NCBI GenBank assembly: GCA_035327825.1
Contig: DAOLCO010000014.1
Span: 1 to 30,225 of the forward strand
DNA from: Oligoflexia bacterium
GTDB taxonomy: Bacteria; Bdellovibrionota_C; UBA2361; SZUA-149; DAOLCO01
Direction of reading: 5' to 3'
DNA length: 30,225 bases
The translations under genes were made by a program, and so were the position numbers. Of this stretch, positions 1-9,674 are shown piece by piece. Position 1 is the stretch's first letter. Every line of letters begins with the position of its first letter. The notes under the pieces were generated by a model that was given only the letters and a program-made list of their open reading frames with translations, did no database searches and was not told where the DNA came from.

Positions 1-257
1 CGTAATAAACGAACCAGTCCCTTCAGGGTAGTCTATACGAAGGGGTTGGGATTGTCTCATAAGGGGATCGCCGGAATAGTATTCTTATTTGATCGGGTTT
101 TCTTCTCTAGTACTCCTGTATGGTTACATTTCGTTATCGCAGAAATTGAGGATGCGTTTCAGACAGGGAGAAATTTTTTAATTATCTGGTGGAACAGCTG
201 ATTGCTTTAATGAGAATTAAAGTTTTGAATGGGGATGTACCTTGAGAATAATAAAAT

Positions 258-292
258 GAGGGAGTTTTGCCTTACGGCAACGCTCTCATAAA
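258..292 (-). terminator. Probable rho-independent terminator for the minus-strand gene ending at 308
   Basis: On the minus strand, an imperfect hairpin (ATGAGAGCGTTGCC GTAA GGCAAAACTCCCTCAT) is immediately followed by TTTTATTATT, directly downstream of the stop of the 308..769 gene. Confidence 0.4.
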
Positions 293-307
293 TATCCGTT
301 TTGTTAT

Positions 308-769
308 TTAATCCAGGCCATTTTTCCTGCTCCACCACCATTTCTTTAGCTCATAACAGGCAATTGCAGGTAGGTAAAATGTTATGTCAGCAGCAAATTT
401 ACCAATTACTGTGCCTGAGATTGGATCATTTGTAAGAAGAATTGCTCCGTACATGCAGGCTGGTCGAAGAAGGAGGCTGTCCATCATTTCTGCAATTCCA
501 AATTCCATAAAGAGAGATCGTCCAATGTGAGATAGCTTCCAGATTGAGTGCAGATCTCTTTTGTCTTCTGGAAGGCTGGAATGTTCTTTATGTATCATCC
601 AGCCGTAAAAACCAAGATTTTCACCCAATGTGGCTAGGTACGCAGTAAGAACCAGCGCAGGTTCCCCGGGAATGCTTGTGGAAACAATGGTACCTGAAAG
701 GGCACCAATTGTGCCCAGTATTTCGGCGCCAACATATCTGCTAGACCATTCTTTTATTTTTTCAAGCAC
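308..769 (-). CDS. Small integral membrane protein (153 aa), function unknown; probably co-transcribed with the upstream pyruvyl-transferase-like gene
   Basis: Clean ORF with several hydrophobic segments (GTIGALSGTIVSTSIPGEPALVLTAYLATLG, SLLLRPACMYGAILL). The 31-nt gap to the preceding minus-strand gene suggests an operon. The resemblance to PgpA or GtrA-type small membrane proteins is weak, so I make no family call. Confidence 0.55.
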   Translation of the reverse strand: MLEKIKEWSSRYVGAEILGTIGALSGTIVSTSIPGEPALVLTAYLATLGENLGFYGWMIHKEHSSLPEDKRDLHSIWKLSHIGRSLFMEFGIAEMMDSLLLRPACMYGAILLTNDPISGTVIGKFAADITFYLPAIACYELKKWWWSRKNGLD

Positions 770-800
770 GTTTGGAACTTATCAAATATGACCAAACAGA

Positions 801-2084
801 TTATGCAGCTTTTTGTAATTCAAGTTTCTTGTACTTGTTAATTATTGGCTCTACTGATTCTCCTCTGTAAAGAGCCGCAACCAGCTCTCCTGCCCTGTCT
901 GCTTCTTTTTTCATTTGGGGAATCTTTCCTTCAAGAGTCTTTCTGATTTTAGATCTGTCTTCCCAGGCTTTTAGAAGATGCCTTGATATGTCTTCAGTTG
1001 AGAAGTTTTCAAATCCAAGACTGTAATCAGTTAATCCAAGGCTTTTCATATAGGTATGAACCTTGGGCAGGTAATTAAGTGATGCAATTGGTGTCAGCGC
1101 GGATGATGTAAGTATGAGGCAGTGAAGTCTCATGGCAAAAAGCAGAGAAGCTTTTGCCATAACCCCTTTAATATCGTGGTGAGAGTATACCTTATTGCTG
1201 AAATATACTTTTCTGTTTGGAGTTCTTACTCCTGCCATGATTTCACGAGTCAGGGATTCATCAAGGTGCTGAGTGGAAACGAACAGGATGTTGGCATTTA
1301 TATCTTTAATCGCTTTATTAATTGCCTCTGTATAAGTTCTTACAAAGATCTCCTTGGTTATTGGCGAGCGATTAAGACCGGCCCAGCTGTCAAAGTAAGG
1401 GTTTACATTAAGGGCAAGTATCTCCTTGTCCTCAGGAAGACCGATTTCTCTGCAAACTGTACTTATTCTTTCAGGAGAAGATGGGCGAGTGTTCAGGGCT
1501 ACGTCGTTGGTGATTATTACATTTGGGTTTTCTACTCCCGCTTCTCGCATTTCATCAATAGAATCCTGGTCACGAACCGTTATAAAGTCCATCATTTCAA
1601 GCACTGTTTTAAGCATTTCCCTTCCTCTTTGGGTTCTGCATGGGCCAACTGTAACGGTGTAGCAGGCCATTTTTTTACCCTTCTTTTTTGCAAGAGGAAG
1701 AAGTGCGTAGTACGAAGATAGAAAATTGAATAATGGATTGTATAGGGATCGATCAAACAGTGTCGCGTCAAATACAAGTGAAAGATCGGTTCGCATGAGC
1801 GACTGATAAGTAGTCAGCCCAAAAAGTTTTGCAGAGAGGTTCCACGGCATGATACTTACGGGTCTGACCCTGTTCTCGTAGGTTCTCCATATGAATTCAG
1901 GGTTAATTGTTGGTATTTCGTAAAGAAGTCTTTTTCCGCAGGCTTCGTCTACTGTGTCCATAATAGAAGAGATAAGGGCTGCATCTCCAGCATTTCTTCC
2001 AGAAGCCGAACCAAGCAGGGTCATAGATTGAATCATTCTTTGTAACCTCGATAATTTAGAAAGAAACCAGACTAATTCTGCCAA
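801..2084 (-). CDS. Polysaccharide pyruvyl transferase family protein (CsaB/WcaK-like)
   Basis: 427 aa. N-terminal GSASGRNAGDAALISS matches the Gly-x-x-N-x-GD start typical of pyruvyl transferases, and the C-terminal MRLHCLILTSSALTPIASLNY..PK matches the MRLH..I.A...G.P...i.Y..K motif of that family. Assignment is from motif memory only. Confidence 0.65.
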   Translation of the reverse strand: MAELVWFLSKLSRLQRMIQSMTLLGSASGRNAGDAALISSIMDTVDEACGKRLLYEIPTINPEFIWRTYENRVRPVSIMPWNLSAKLFGLTTYQSLMRTDLSLVFDATLFDRSLYNPLFNFLSSYYALLPLAKKKGKKMACYTVTVGPCRTQRGREMLKTVLEMMDFITVRDQDSIDEMREAGVENPNVIITNDVALNTRPSSPERISTVCREIGLPEDKEILALNVNPYFDSWAGLNRSPITKEIFVRTYTEAINKAIKDINANILFVSTQHLDESLTREIMAGVRTPNRKVYFSNKVYSHHDIKGVMAKASLLFAMRLHCLILTSSALTPIASLNYLPKVHTYMKSLGLTDYSLGFENFSTEDISRHLLKAWEDRSKIRKTLEGKIPQMKKEADRAGELVAALYRGESVEPIINKYKKLELQKAA

Positions 2085-2308
2085 TTAAATTGGTAATGTT
2101 AATAATATGATTTCCCTTGGTTTAGAGTGTTGTCAAGGGCCACATATGTATATAATTATAGAGGAATAAACTCAAATTTTTCCTGTATTTTGCCATTTTC
2201 TTTATTGATTTAGAGAAATTAGTTGATGCCTGTCTCCTTGAATTTAGTTAGACTTGCCCTGCTGTTAATTCAGGTTAAATGATTTACCAAATATTTAAAG
2301 AAAATTTC

Positions 2309-2338
2309 CTAGCCTGGATTATGAATAATCCAGGCTAG
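2309..2338. promoter_or_regulatory. 30-bp near-perfect palindrome (CTAGCCTGGATTAT ga ATAATCCAGGCTAG), 18-47 bp upstream of the ABC operon start codon
   Basis: 14-bp inverted arms with one central mismatch, sitting in a divergent promoter region. Candidate operator or RNA hairpin. Confidence 0.35.
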
Positions 2339-2355
2339 AGCTATCCACTAAACCA

Positions 2356-3063
2356 ATGATTGTTTGTAAAAATCTTAGTAAAATTGCTGGAGAGCACCGA
2401 ATACTCGAAAATATTACCTTTTCTACTGGTACTGGTGATCTTGTGGGTATACTTGGTCCAAACGGAGCCGGAAAGACTACAACAATGAGAATTCTGTCCT
2501 CTTATATCAAGCCGTCAGGTGGTTTTGCTACAGTTGGTGGCTTTGATGTTGTTAAAGAAGCAGCTAAAGTCAGATCCATAATTGGTGTTTTGCCTGAGAA
2601 CCCTCCTCTGTATGGAGAGCTTACCGTCAGGCAGTATGTTACATTCATGGGACAACTAAGGGGACTTTCCGGAAAGACTCTTGGTATTGAAGTTGAAAAT
2701 ACTATTTCCAGATGCCGATTATCCGAACGAACTGATTCTCCTTGCGGAGTTCTCTCAAAGGGACTCAGGCAGAAGGTCGGTCTTGCTGCTGCTTTAATTG
2801 GTGATCCCAAGGTACTTTTTCTAGACGAGCCAACCAGTGGTCTTGACCCCCGTGAGATTACGGAAATAAGGGCTTTAATAAGGGAACTTAAAGAAGGCAG
2901 AACTATACTTTTTAGTAGTCATATATTATCCGAGGTTCGGGAGTTGTGCGATCTGGTTGTTATGTTTGTTGGTGGTCGAACTGTTCTTGATGGCAAGATT
3001 TCGGATCTGTGCAAAGAGGACAGTCTTGAGAACTTGTTTTTGAATGCACTTAGTCATGATTAA
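2356..3063 (+). CDS. ABC transporter ATP-binding protein (ABC-2 / GldA-like exporter ATPase)
   Basis: Walker A GPNGAGKTT, ABC signature LSKGLRQKV, Walker B VLFLDEPTSGLD and an H-loop SSH. 235 aa. Confidence 0.9.
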   Translation: MIVCKNLSKIAGEHRILENITFSTGTGDLVGILGPNGAGKTTTMRILSSYIKPSGGFATVGGFDVVKEAAKVRSIIGVLPENPPLYGELTVRQYVTFMGQLRGLSGKTLGIEVENTISRCRLSERTDSPCGVLSKGLRQKVGLAAALIGDPKVLFLDEPTSGLDPREITEIRALIRELKEGRTILFSSHILSEVRELCDLVVMFVGGRTVLDGKISDLCKEDSLENLFLNALSHD

Positions 3064-3086
3064 TTTTGGATTGATAAGTTGAGTAA

Positions 3087-3854
3087 ATGATAAACACTTT
3101 TTTTGCCATCTTTCTTAAAGATCTTCGCATTGCCATAAAGACACCTGTCGGATACGTGCTTTCTGCAAGCTATCTGTTTATATCAGGCTTTTTCTTTTTT
3201 AATTATCTTGTGGCATTCAATCCCGCTCAAAAAATGTCTGCCATTACTGGAGAAAATATTCTTAATTTTAATACGGGCGTTATTGTTCCACTTTATCAGG
3301 CCCAGATGGTGATACTTCTTTTTATCATACCGCTTGTTGCCATGAAGGCTATTTCCGAAGAAAAAGCTCGTGGCTCACTTGAGCTTATATTATCAACCAG
3401 GATTTCTCTTCTGTCTCTTGTTCTTGGCAAGTGGTGTGCTGTTTATTCACTTCTTGCAGGTGTTATTTGTCTTGGTTTTGTATATCCACTTTCCATAGTG
3501 ATTTTTGGAGATCCTGAAGTTCTTCCGGTTTTTTCTGGTTTACTTGGACTTCTTTTGTATGCTGCTGTGCTTTCTGCAATGGGAATATTTATTTCAAGCA
3601 TGACCCATAATCAGTCCGTTGCTGGAATTGTAACACTTATTCTATCTTTTGGTTGGTTTCTTGTTGATGCTCCATTTTCATCGGATGGTAGTGACATTGC
3701 AATTTTTGTAAGGTCTATTTCCCTTGCTTCCTCTACTGACAGACTGCTTCATGGAGTTATTTCCCTTCCTGCTGTTTATTTATTTGTTTCTAGCAGTGTG
3801 TTTTTTATTTTTCTTGCTGTTCAAATGTTGTCTTTACCAAGAGGTTCGCGGTGA
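3087..3854 (+). CDS. ABC-2 family transporter permease (GldF-like)
   Basis: 255 aa polytopic membrane protein with about 6 TM segments, placed immediately after the ATPase as expected for an ABC-2 exporter operon. Confidence 0.8.
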   Translation: MINTFFAIFLKDLRIAIKTPVGYVLSASYLFISGFFFFNYLVAFNPAQKMSAITGENILNFNTGVIVPLYQAQMVILLFIIPLVAMKAISEEKARGSLELILSTRISLLSLVLGKWCAVYSLLAGVICLGFVYPLSIVIFGDPEVLPVFSGLLGLLLYAAVLSAMGIFISSMTHNQSVAGIVTLILSFGWFLVDAPFSSDGSDIAIFVRSISLASSTDRLLHGVISLPAVYLFVSSSVFFIFLAVQMLSLPRGSR

Positions 3855-3855
3855 T

Positions 3856-5457
3856 ATGAGTGCTGGGGCTAAAAAATTTAAAAAATTGTCTTCAATGTTT
3901 GGGGCTCTTTGTCTTGTAAGTGCTACTACTGCTATTCTGCTATTTTCTCTTTTTGATCAGACTTTTCACCTGATAAGTATTTTTCATCTTGCTGTTTCCT
4001 TTTGTTCTCTTGTCTTGTTTCTTTTTCTTGGTGGTTTTCGGGCCTTGTTTTTAAGGCCCGAAGGGGAAGTGGATCAAATTTTGAGGGGAGAATTCTGGCT
4101 TCAGCAGGTTTATACGGTTCTTTTTGCTGCAGTATTAATTCTCGTTGGCCTGATTATAAACAGGTATGCATATTTTGGTTTGGATTTAACTGAGAATAAT
4201 GCTTATTCGTTATCTGATCATTCACAGAAGGTGCTAAAGAAACTGGATAAGCCCGTTCTTGTTCGAGGCTTTTTTTTGGGTGCAGAAGTGCCGCCCAGAG
4301 TCAGGGAGTTACTTGACAGGTATTCCGCTTTCTCTCCAAACTTTAGGTGGAAAGCACTTGACCCGGACAGAAACAGGCCTGTGGCCGAAGCCCTTGGAAT
4401 TCAGGAAAAAGATACATTACATTTTTCCTTTTCCGGGCAGACTTCTATTGATGCCGGAGGTGGTAGTAACTTATCTGGACGCGGAATTACTCTCGTGCGG
4501 GATCTGGATGAGGAAGGAATAACCAATTCTCTTATCAAGCTTTCAAGTGGTGTGAGAGCTCAGGTTTATGTAAGTAGTCTTAATGGAGAGGGGGAGGTTG
4601 ATAATACTACCGAGGTTGGTTTCAGCTTTCTATCTGAATCGATTTCCGGTGAAGGATTTGACATTGTATCTCTTGATATTGACGAGAGGGAGTTTATTCC
4701 TGTTGAGTCGTCAGTGCTTCTTGTGATTTCACCAAAAAGACCATTTATAGAAGCTCAGGAAAAAAAAATAAGTCAGTATTTGCTAAAAGGAGGAAGTGCA
4801 GTATTTCTGGTCGAGCCTTTATCTGTTCCCATTCTGAGAGGAATTCTGGAGCCCCTTGGTTTTGTGCTTGGTGAGGATACTATTGTTGACAAAGAGGCTT
4901 TTACTTTTCAGGGTACTTCTCTGGGAGTTCAGCCTTTGATTGATACATTTTCTGATCATCCGGCGGTTAGGGGTTTTAAAAAGACCATAATTTTTACCAC
5001 TGCAAACTCTGTAAGAAAGGCTGCAATGGCTGATGAGGTTAGAGAGCTTGCCTTTACCAGTACAAGCAGCTGGGCTGAAACAGATCTGCAAAGACTATAT
5101 TCTGATGATCCTGTTGCTGAGATGGGAGAAGGTGATATCAAGGGGCCTGTTTCTGTTGCTGCTGCAAGGGAACAAATAACCGGTTCTAAAACTGGAAGGA
5201 TTGTAGTCATTGGGGATTCTGATTTTTTAACCAACATAAATATTAGGCAACTATTCAACCGTGATTTTTTTCTCAATATTCTCAATTGGGTTTCGGGTGA
5301 GCAGGAAGTTTTGGCTATCAGGTCAGGAACGCTAAAGCGCTCTCAGCATATTATTACTCCGGATCAACTAAAAGGTATTTTTATTATTGTTGGAATACTT
5401 CTTCCCGAGATTCTGCTTGTGTTTGGTCTATCTGCATGGATAGGCAGGAGAGGTTGA
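3856..5457 (+). CDS. GldG-like ABC-transport auxiliary component (ABC_transp_aux family), with N-terminal and C-terminal membrane anchors
   Basis: The frame is open from 3724, but that start overlaps the permease by 130 nt. ATG at 3856 lies 2 nt after the permease stop. LDLTENNAYSLSDHSQKVLKKLDKPVLVRGFF matches the conserved start of the GldG family periplasmic domain, and there is a C-terminal TM (IFIIVGILLPEILLVFGLSAWI). Atypically, about 3 hydrophobic helices precede the GldG-like domain. Confidence 0.7.
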   Translation: MSAGAKKFKKLSSMFGALCLVSATTAILLFSLFDQTFHLISIFHLAVSFCSLVLFLFLGGFRALFLRPEGEVDQILRGEFWLQQVYTVLFAAVLILVGLIINRYAYFGLDLTENNAYSLSDHSQKVLKKLDKPVLVRGFFLGAEVPPRVRELLDRYSAFSPNFRWKALDPDRNRPVAEALGIQEKDTLHFSFSGQTSIDAGGGSNLSGRGITLVRDLDEEGITNSLIKLSSGVRAQVYVSSLNGEGEVDNTTEVGFSFLSESISGEGFDIVSLDIDEREFIPVESSVLLVISPKRPFIEAQEKKISQYLLKGGSAVFLVEPLSVPILRGILEPLGFVLGEDTIVDKEAFTFQGTSLGVQPLIDTFSDHPAVRGFKKTIIFTTANSVRKAAMADEVRELAFTSTSSWAETDLQRLYSDDPVAEMGEGDIKGPVSVAAAREQITGSKTGRIVVIGDSDFLTNINIRQLFNRDFFLNILNWVSGEQEVLAIRSGTLKRSQHIITPDQLKGIFIIVGILLPEILLVFGLSAWIGRRG

Positions 5458-5461
5458 TTGT

Positions 5462-7033
5462 ATGAAAAAGAAACTTATTGTAACTGGATTTGTTTTTATC
5501 TTGTTGTTGTTTGTTCTTTATTATCTTGAATTCATATCCAGAGAAGTTGAGCTTGATAAAGGTTCAGAGCGGGAAATTTTTCTTTCCCTGATTCCGGCTG
5601 ATAAAATTACCCGGCTCAGATTAATTTCGGGTGATGGCTCTATTGATATTACGAGATCTGAAGCAATTAACATTTCTTCTCCTCTTGTTCATCGTTCCAG
5701 CTGGATTTTAAAAGACCCTTCCTTTGCACCAGCTTCTGATGAGGTTGTTGGAGAGCTTTTAAGTAAAATCATGGAACTAGGTGCTGTTCGGGCTGATATT
5801 GAAGAAGAAGGTATCGGGGATCTTGATGTAGACAGTAATTCTGGAAATCAATATGGCCTTACTCCTCCGGATATGGTTCTGATTATTGACTCGGATGAAG
5901 TTTCAAGGGTTATAAGTTTTGGCTCAAAGAGCAAAATTTCCGGAAAGCGTTTTGTGCAAGTTGAGGGAGACCCTGATCTGTATCTGGGGAGTTTTGATTT
6001 TCCTCGTTATTATTCAAGTATTAGGGAGCGGATCAAGAGCAGGGAAGTTTTAAAAATAGACCCATTTCAGATAGTTGGTATTGATGTTCTGGAAGGTTCC
6101 AGATTTTTCAGATTATATTCTTTTGATTGCTCATCTGGAGAAGATTCATGGAGACTGAAGACGGGCGGAAGTGTTCCTGCAAAAGTTGATGGTGATTTTG
6201 TATTGAGGAAACTTAAAGAGCTGTCTCTATTAAAGGTTCGAAGAATTTTTGAAGATGGTCAAAGCATATATCAATATACTGGTCTTGAATCCCCTTTTTT
6301 AATAATCAATATGGCACTTGATCTCAGGAAGGGCAGGGAGGCCGGGTGTCAACCTGGCACTCCTACTGTTGGTCTAGGTTCGGATTCCAGCAGTCAGGAG
6401 CTGCTTCTTCAGTTTGGAAAAGGTATTGGATTTGAAGTATCTGCTACTTCATCCGGAGCTAATTCAGAAGATAATTTACAGGTTTCGGCTCCGGGGGTTG
6501 TTCCAACCCAGTCTTATTTTCTGAAAATTGGCGGAGAAAGGCGAATTTATGAAGTTGAGAAATCCTTTATTGCTGACTGGCTTCAGGGTGGAGATCATTT
6601 CAGATCGAGAAAACCATTTAATGATCTTTCTGTGGGTAGCATAGAGGAAATTGAGGTTCTTGTACCTGAGTCTGGGTGCACTATTATGGCGACTGGTGAG
6701 TCTGTCTCGGGTTTTTCTTCCAGTCTTCGTGAAATCCAAGATGTTATGTCAAAGTTCAAACTTGATGCTGTGATATTACCCGAAGAACTTGATCTTTATC
6801 CCCCCATAGCTAAAAACGGGATAAGACTTGCTACTGCTGAGGGGTCTTATGCCCTTAGGGAGCGTAGTGCTATTCTTGCTGAAGACTCCGGTGATGGTGC
6901 GGGGATGAGAAGGCCATCGGTTGTGGAAATTGAGAGGCCTTCTGAGGAGATATATTACGGGGTGCTTGGTGGAGATGATATGTCGGGTTTTGACGGTCTT
7001 ATTGGCAAAATCTGCGCTGAAGGGTTAAAGTGA
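5462..7033 (+). CDS. DUF4340-like protein (the usual fourth gene of GldG-type ABC-2 modules); N-terminal TM anchor
   Basis: 523 aa with an N-terminal TM (LIVTGFVFILLLFVLYYL) followed by a large soluble domain. Position and start 5 nt after the GldG stop match the conserved ATPase-permease-GldG-DUF4340 order. Domain call is by context plus general sequence character only. Confidence 0.5.
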   Translation: MKKKLIVTGFVFILLLFVLYYLEFISREVELDKGSEREIFLSLIPADKITRLRLISGDGSIDITRSEAINISSPLVHRSSWILKDPSFAPASDEVVGELLSKIMELGAVRADIEEEGIGDLDVDSNSGNQYGLTPPDMVLIIDSDEVSRVISFGSKSKISGKRFVQVEGDPDLYLGSFDFPRYYSSIRERIKSREVLKIDPFQIVGIDVLEGSRFFRLYSFDCSSGEDSWRLKTGGSVPAKVDGDFVLRKLKELSLLKVRRIFEDGQSIYQYTGLESPFLIINMALDLRKGREAGCQPGTPTVGLGSDSSSQELLLQFGKGIGFEVSATSSGANSEDNLQVSAPGVVPTQSYFLKIGGERRIYEVEKSFIADWLQGGDHFRSRKPFNDLSVGSIEEIEVLVPESGCTIMATGESVSGFSSSLREIQDVMSKFKLDAVILPEELDLYPPIAKNGIRLATAEGSYALRERSAILAEDSGDGAGMRRPSVVEIERPSEEIYYGVLGGDDMSGFDGLIGKICAEGLK

Positions 7034-7113
7034 GATTCCTTAACCCGCATTAAAGCTTTTATTCGTATGCTGAATTATAATTTCCATTTATTTAAGCAGA
7101 TAAATTTGGGATC

Positions 7114-9540
7114 TTGAAGTTGGAATCGTTTTTTGCATTTTTTCGTTTAGTGTTTCGATTTTTTGTGTGGATACTTGTCACAGGCGGAATACTTTCAATT
7201 ATTGTGGGTGGATTTGCGGGGCTATATTTTTATAATCGCCTGAACCGTGATTTACCAAGAATTGAAAAATTAAGTGACTACAAGCCCAAGGCTGTTACCA
7301 GTTTTTATGCCGAAGATGGTACCCTTCTTGTGGAAGTTTGGGACGAAAGACGCTATCCTGTAGCGCTTTCTGAAATACCCCTTCATGTCAAGAATGCTTT
7401 TCTTGCTGCTGAAGATGCCAGCTTTTATGCTCATGGAGGTATTGATTTTCTAAGTATTGTTCGGGCGGCATGGGTAAATCTGACGTCTAAAGCTACAAAG
7501 CAGGGAGCTTCTACGATCACTCAACAGATTGTAAAAGAATTATTATTAAGTCGGGAAAGAACTTATCAAAGAAAACTGAAAGAGGCTCTCCTTTCCTATC
7601 GCCTTGAAAAGTATCTTACAAAAGATGAAATTCTTTCTATTTATTTAAACCAGATTTTCCTTGGTTCTGGTGCTTATGGAATTAAAGCAGCCGCAAAAGT
7701 GCATTTTCACAAGGAGTTGGAGAATGTTTCAATTGCAGAAGCTGCATTTTTGGGAGCTCTTCCCAAGAAGCCAAGCGAGCTTACCAGACCGGCCAATCGT
7801 GAGATGGCGATGAACAGGCAAGCGTATGTACTTAGGCAGCTTCGTGATAAGGGTTTTATTACTGAAGAAGAGTACCGAGTTGCACGTGAAGAAAAGCTGA
7901 CAATCTATCCTCAGGAAGAGGAAAATCTTTTTGCATCTCCATATTTTGCTACTCACTCTGTAAAGCTTGCAGAAGAAATTATACAAAAAGTAAACAGTGA
8001 TTATACCTTGAGAGATCCAGGAGGATTCAAGATTGTTACTACAGTTAATGTCAGGGCTGATAATCTGGCTCAGGAATCACTAAGATTGGGTTTGCTATCT
8101 CTTGATAAAAGACAGGGTTGGCGCGGAGCGCTTGGTAATATAAGGGATGACACTCGAGTACCTCCAAAATGGGATGAGTTAAAGGAGGGCGAGCCTCTTT
8201 CCCTTGGTCGCATATATAGGGCTCGTGTTGTATCTGTTGATCAACCCAGGGGGCGCGTTAGAATCGAGATGGGTGAGTTTAAGGGTGAGATTGATGTTGG
8301 TAATGCAAAATGGGCTTTTTCTTTTGCTGAGCTAGTACCTGGGGCTTCCGACATAAAAAGATCAGTTGTTAATCCTCTGAAAATTTTAAAAATTGGAGAT
8401 ATTATTGAGGTTTCTGTAAAAAAGCGTGAGTCCAAAGAACAGGAATCAAAGCCTGTATATTCTCTTGAGCTTGATCAAACTCCTGCTGTTCAGGGAGCAA
8501 TGGTTGTAATGAATGCCATAACAGGTGAAGTCAAATCAATTATTGGCGGGTTTGATTTTAAAGAAAGCAAGTTTAATCGTGCAACTCAGGGAGATTTGCA
8601 GCCTGGATCATCATTTAAGCCACTGATTTATCTCGCTGCAATTGAAGAGCTAGGATATACGCCTTCTACTATTGTGCCAGATGAGCCAATCAGCTTTCCT
8701 ACGCTTGATGGAGTATGGGCTCCAAAAAATTTCGACCAAAAATTTCTGGGTCCAATTTCTTTTCGCGTTGCTCTTCAAAAATCAAGAAATGTTGTTTCTG
8801 TGTATCTGGTGCAGAAAATCGGGATTGATAAAACTATAAGAAGCGCAAGGCGTCTTGGCATAAGTACACCTATACCCAGAAACATGTCGATCTCTCTTGG
8901 TACCCCCGAGGTCAAAGTTATAGATATGGTCAGATCATATGCTCCGTTTGCTAGTGGTGGTTATCTTCCCGATCTTTTAATAGTTAAAAGTATTTCTGAG
9001 AGGGATGGAAGAGAGATTTATCGTGCAGAGCCAAGGCAGGAAAAGGTTATAGAGCCTGCACCTGCGTTTATTATGGCGCATATGATGAAGGGGGTGATTG
9101 AGAGAGGAACTGCGCAGGTATTAAAAAAGCTTGGAAGACCTGTGGCTGGGAAAACCGGTACTACGAATGATCATATGGATTCCTGGTTCATTGGATATAC
9201 TCCGGACTGGGTTGCTGGGGTTTGGGTTGGTTTTGATTCAAAGAGGAGTTTGGGAAAGGCAGAAACTGGAGGTCGTGTTGCTGCGCCGATTTTTCTTGAT
9301 TTTATGGAGGATTTTTTAGAGGGGACACCCGCTTTGGATTTCATTCCTCCAGATGATGTAGTTCCGGTTTCCGTTAATGTTCATACAGGTGTTCCTGTCC
9401 CACCTGGATCAGAAGGTGCATTTATTGAATATTTTCAAGCGACGGGGGGGCAATATTCTGATATGCTCGGACGGAATAGGGATCCCTATCAGCAGAAATC
9501 ACATGAAGTTGAGGATTATTTGACTAATAGCGATTTTTAG
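7114..9540 (+). CDS. mrcA: Class A penicillin-binding protein (PBP1A; glycosyltransferase GT51 + transpeptidase)
   Basis: N-terminal TM. GT51 motifs EDASFYAHGGID, QGASTITQQIVKELL and RKLKEALLSYRLEKYLTKDEIL. Transpeptidase motifs SSFKP (SxxK) and KTGTT (KTG). 808 aa; an apparent TTG start at 7114. Confidence 0.9.
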   Translation: MKLESFFAFFRLVFRFFVWILVTGGILSIIVGGFAGLYFYNRLNRDLPRIEKLSDYKPKAVTSFYAEDGTLLVEVWDERRYPVALSEIPLHVKNAFLAAEDASFYAHGGIDFLSIVRAAWVNLTSKATKQGASTITQQIVKELLLSRERTYQRKLKEALLSYRLEKYLTKDEILSIYLNQIFLGSGAYGIKAAAKVHFHKELENVSIAEAAFLGALPKKPSELTRPANREMAMNRQAYVLRQLRDKGFITEEEYRVAREEKLTIYPQEEENLFASPYFATHSVKLAEEIIQKVNSDYTLRDPGGFKIVTTVNVRADNLAQESLRLGLLSLDKRQGWRGALGNIRDDTRVPPKWDELKEGEPLSLGRIYRARVVSVDQPRGRVRIEMGEFKGEIDVGNAKWAFSFAELVPGASDIKRSVVNPLKILKIGDIIEVSVKKRESKEQESKPVYSLELDQTPAVQGAMVVMNAITGEVKSIIGGFDFKESKFNRATQGDLQPGSSFKPLIYLAAIEELGYTPSTIVPDEPISFPTLDGVWAPKNFDQKFLGPISFRVALQKSRNVVSVYLVQKIGIDKTIRSARRLGISTPIPRNMSISLGTPEVKVIDMVRSYAPFASGGYLPDLLIVKSISERDGREIYRAEPRQEKVIEPAPAFIMAHMMKGVIERGTAQVLKKLGRPVAGKTGTTNDHMDSWFIGYTPDWVAGVWVGFDSKRSLGKAETGGRVAAPIFLDFMEDFLEGTPALDFIPPDDVVPVSVNVHTGVPVPPGSEGAFIEYFQATGGQYSDMLGRNRDPYQQKSHEVEDYLTNSDF

Positions 9541-9674
9541 CTCTAGCGGATATTTGGCATAAGAGTAGTGGTGAAATATTTGGTTTTTGAGTACGGGATT
9601 TTATGTAATCCAACACCTATTAACTTGCAAATGCATTTAGTCTGGCAGTTAATTACCGGTTTTATTTCTTAATA

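Noticed and set aside
1-200. Open frame running from the window start to about 200 (RNKRTSPFRVVYTKGLGL...IIWWNS*), possibly the 3' end of an upstream gene
   Set aside because: No start is visible, there is no recognisable family, and the hydrophobic low-complexity sequence leaves it undecided. I did not list it as a feature.
1122-1777. ORFs 1122..1721(+), 1426..1662(+) and 1592..1777(-), all inside the pyruvyl-transferase-like gene
   Set aside because: They lie entirely within, and are antisense or out of frame to, a 427-aa ORF carrying family motifs. Their composition is low-complexity. They are shadow ORFs.
2502-2810. 102-aa minus-strand ORF inside the ABC ATPase gene
   Set aside because: Antisense shadow of a gene with unambiguous Walker/ABC motifs.
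4002-5285. Several 60-110-aa ORFs (4002..4193+, 4259..4522+, 4819..5091-, 4956..5285-) within the GldG-like gene
   Set aside because: All are embedded in the 577-aa frame, which has conserved GldG-family motifs and terminal TMs. None has a ribosome-binding site or family signal.
6476-9319. Short antisense or out-of-frame ORFs inside the DUF4340-like and PBP1A genes (6476..6739-, 7729..7986-, 8241..8435-, 9131..9319+)
   Set aside because: Shadow ORFs within long genes whose frames are confirmed by conserved motifs.
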